Shown: positions 63,986 to 64,000 of the stretch, in pieces
Layout of the letters: each line of letters starts with the position of its first letter
Position numbering within the stretch: the stretch's first letter is position 1
Origin: Eledone cirrhosa
Lineage: Eukaryota
DNA length: 64,000 nt
Reading direction: 5' to 3'
Assembly: GCA_964016885.1 (NCBI GenBank)
Contig: OZ024742.1
Span: 189,782,001-189,846,000, forward strand
Position numbers and translations under genes: made by a program
The notes under the pieces: generated by a model
Databases searched by the model: none
Seen by the model: only the letters and a program-made list of their open reading frames with translations
What the model was told of the DNA's origin: nothing

Positions 63986-64000
63986 CACTATAATAATTCA

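Overview
This is AT-rich, microsatellite-saturated eukaryotic DNA with no intact host protein-coding gene visible. The repeat content suggests a mollusc, probably an octopus-like cephalopod, but that is an inference. Most long ORFs in the track are (TA)n/(CA)n artefacts. Recognisable elements are: two near-full-length degenerate RTE-clade LINEs (7.2-10.4 kb and 37.0-41.2 kb, minus strand) plus truncated copies; CR1/L2-, HERO- and R4/Dong-like fragments; a Tc1/mariner relic with perfect 27-bp TIRs; TTAA-flanked MITEs; and many tRNA-derived SINEs. The main signal is a set of 12 or more fold-back (head-to-head inverted repeat) elements from about 10 sequence-unrelated families, most set between (TA)n tracts. 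Many carry minimal type-I hammerhead ribozyme motifs that read outward from the palindrome centre, with palindromic stem-III loops, recurrent C3-G8 to U3-A8 covariation and U4A variants. The largest (59.7-61.6 kb) retains a Penelope-type GIY-YIG endonuclease relic, which links the set to Penelope-like retroelements. One element (3.27-3.91 kb) consists of two circularly permuted copies of a ~304-nt ribozyme-bearing monomer, suggesting a circular or concatemeric (retrozyme-like) RNA intermediate. All coordinates were read by eye and may be off by a few bases.
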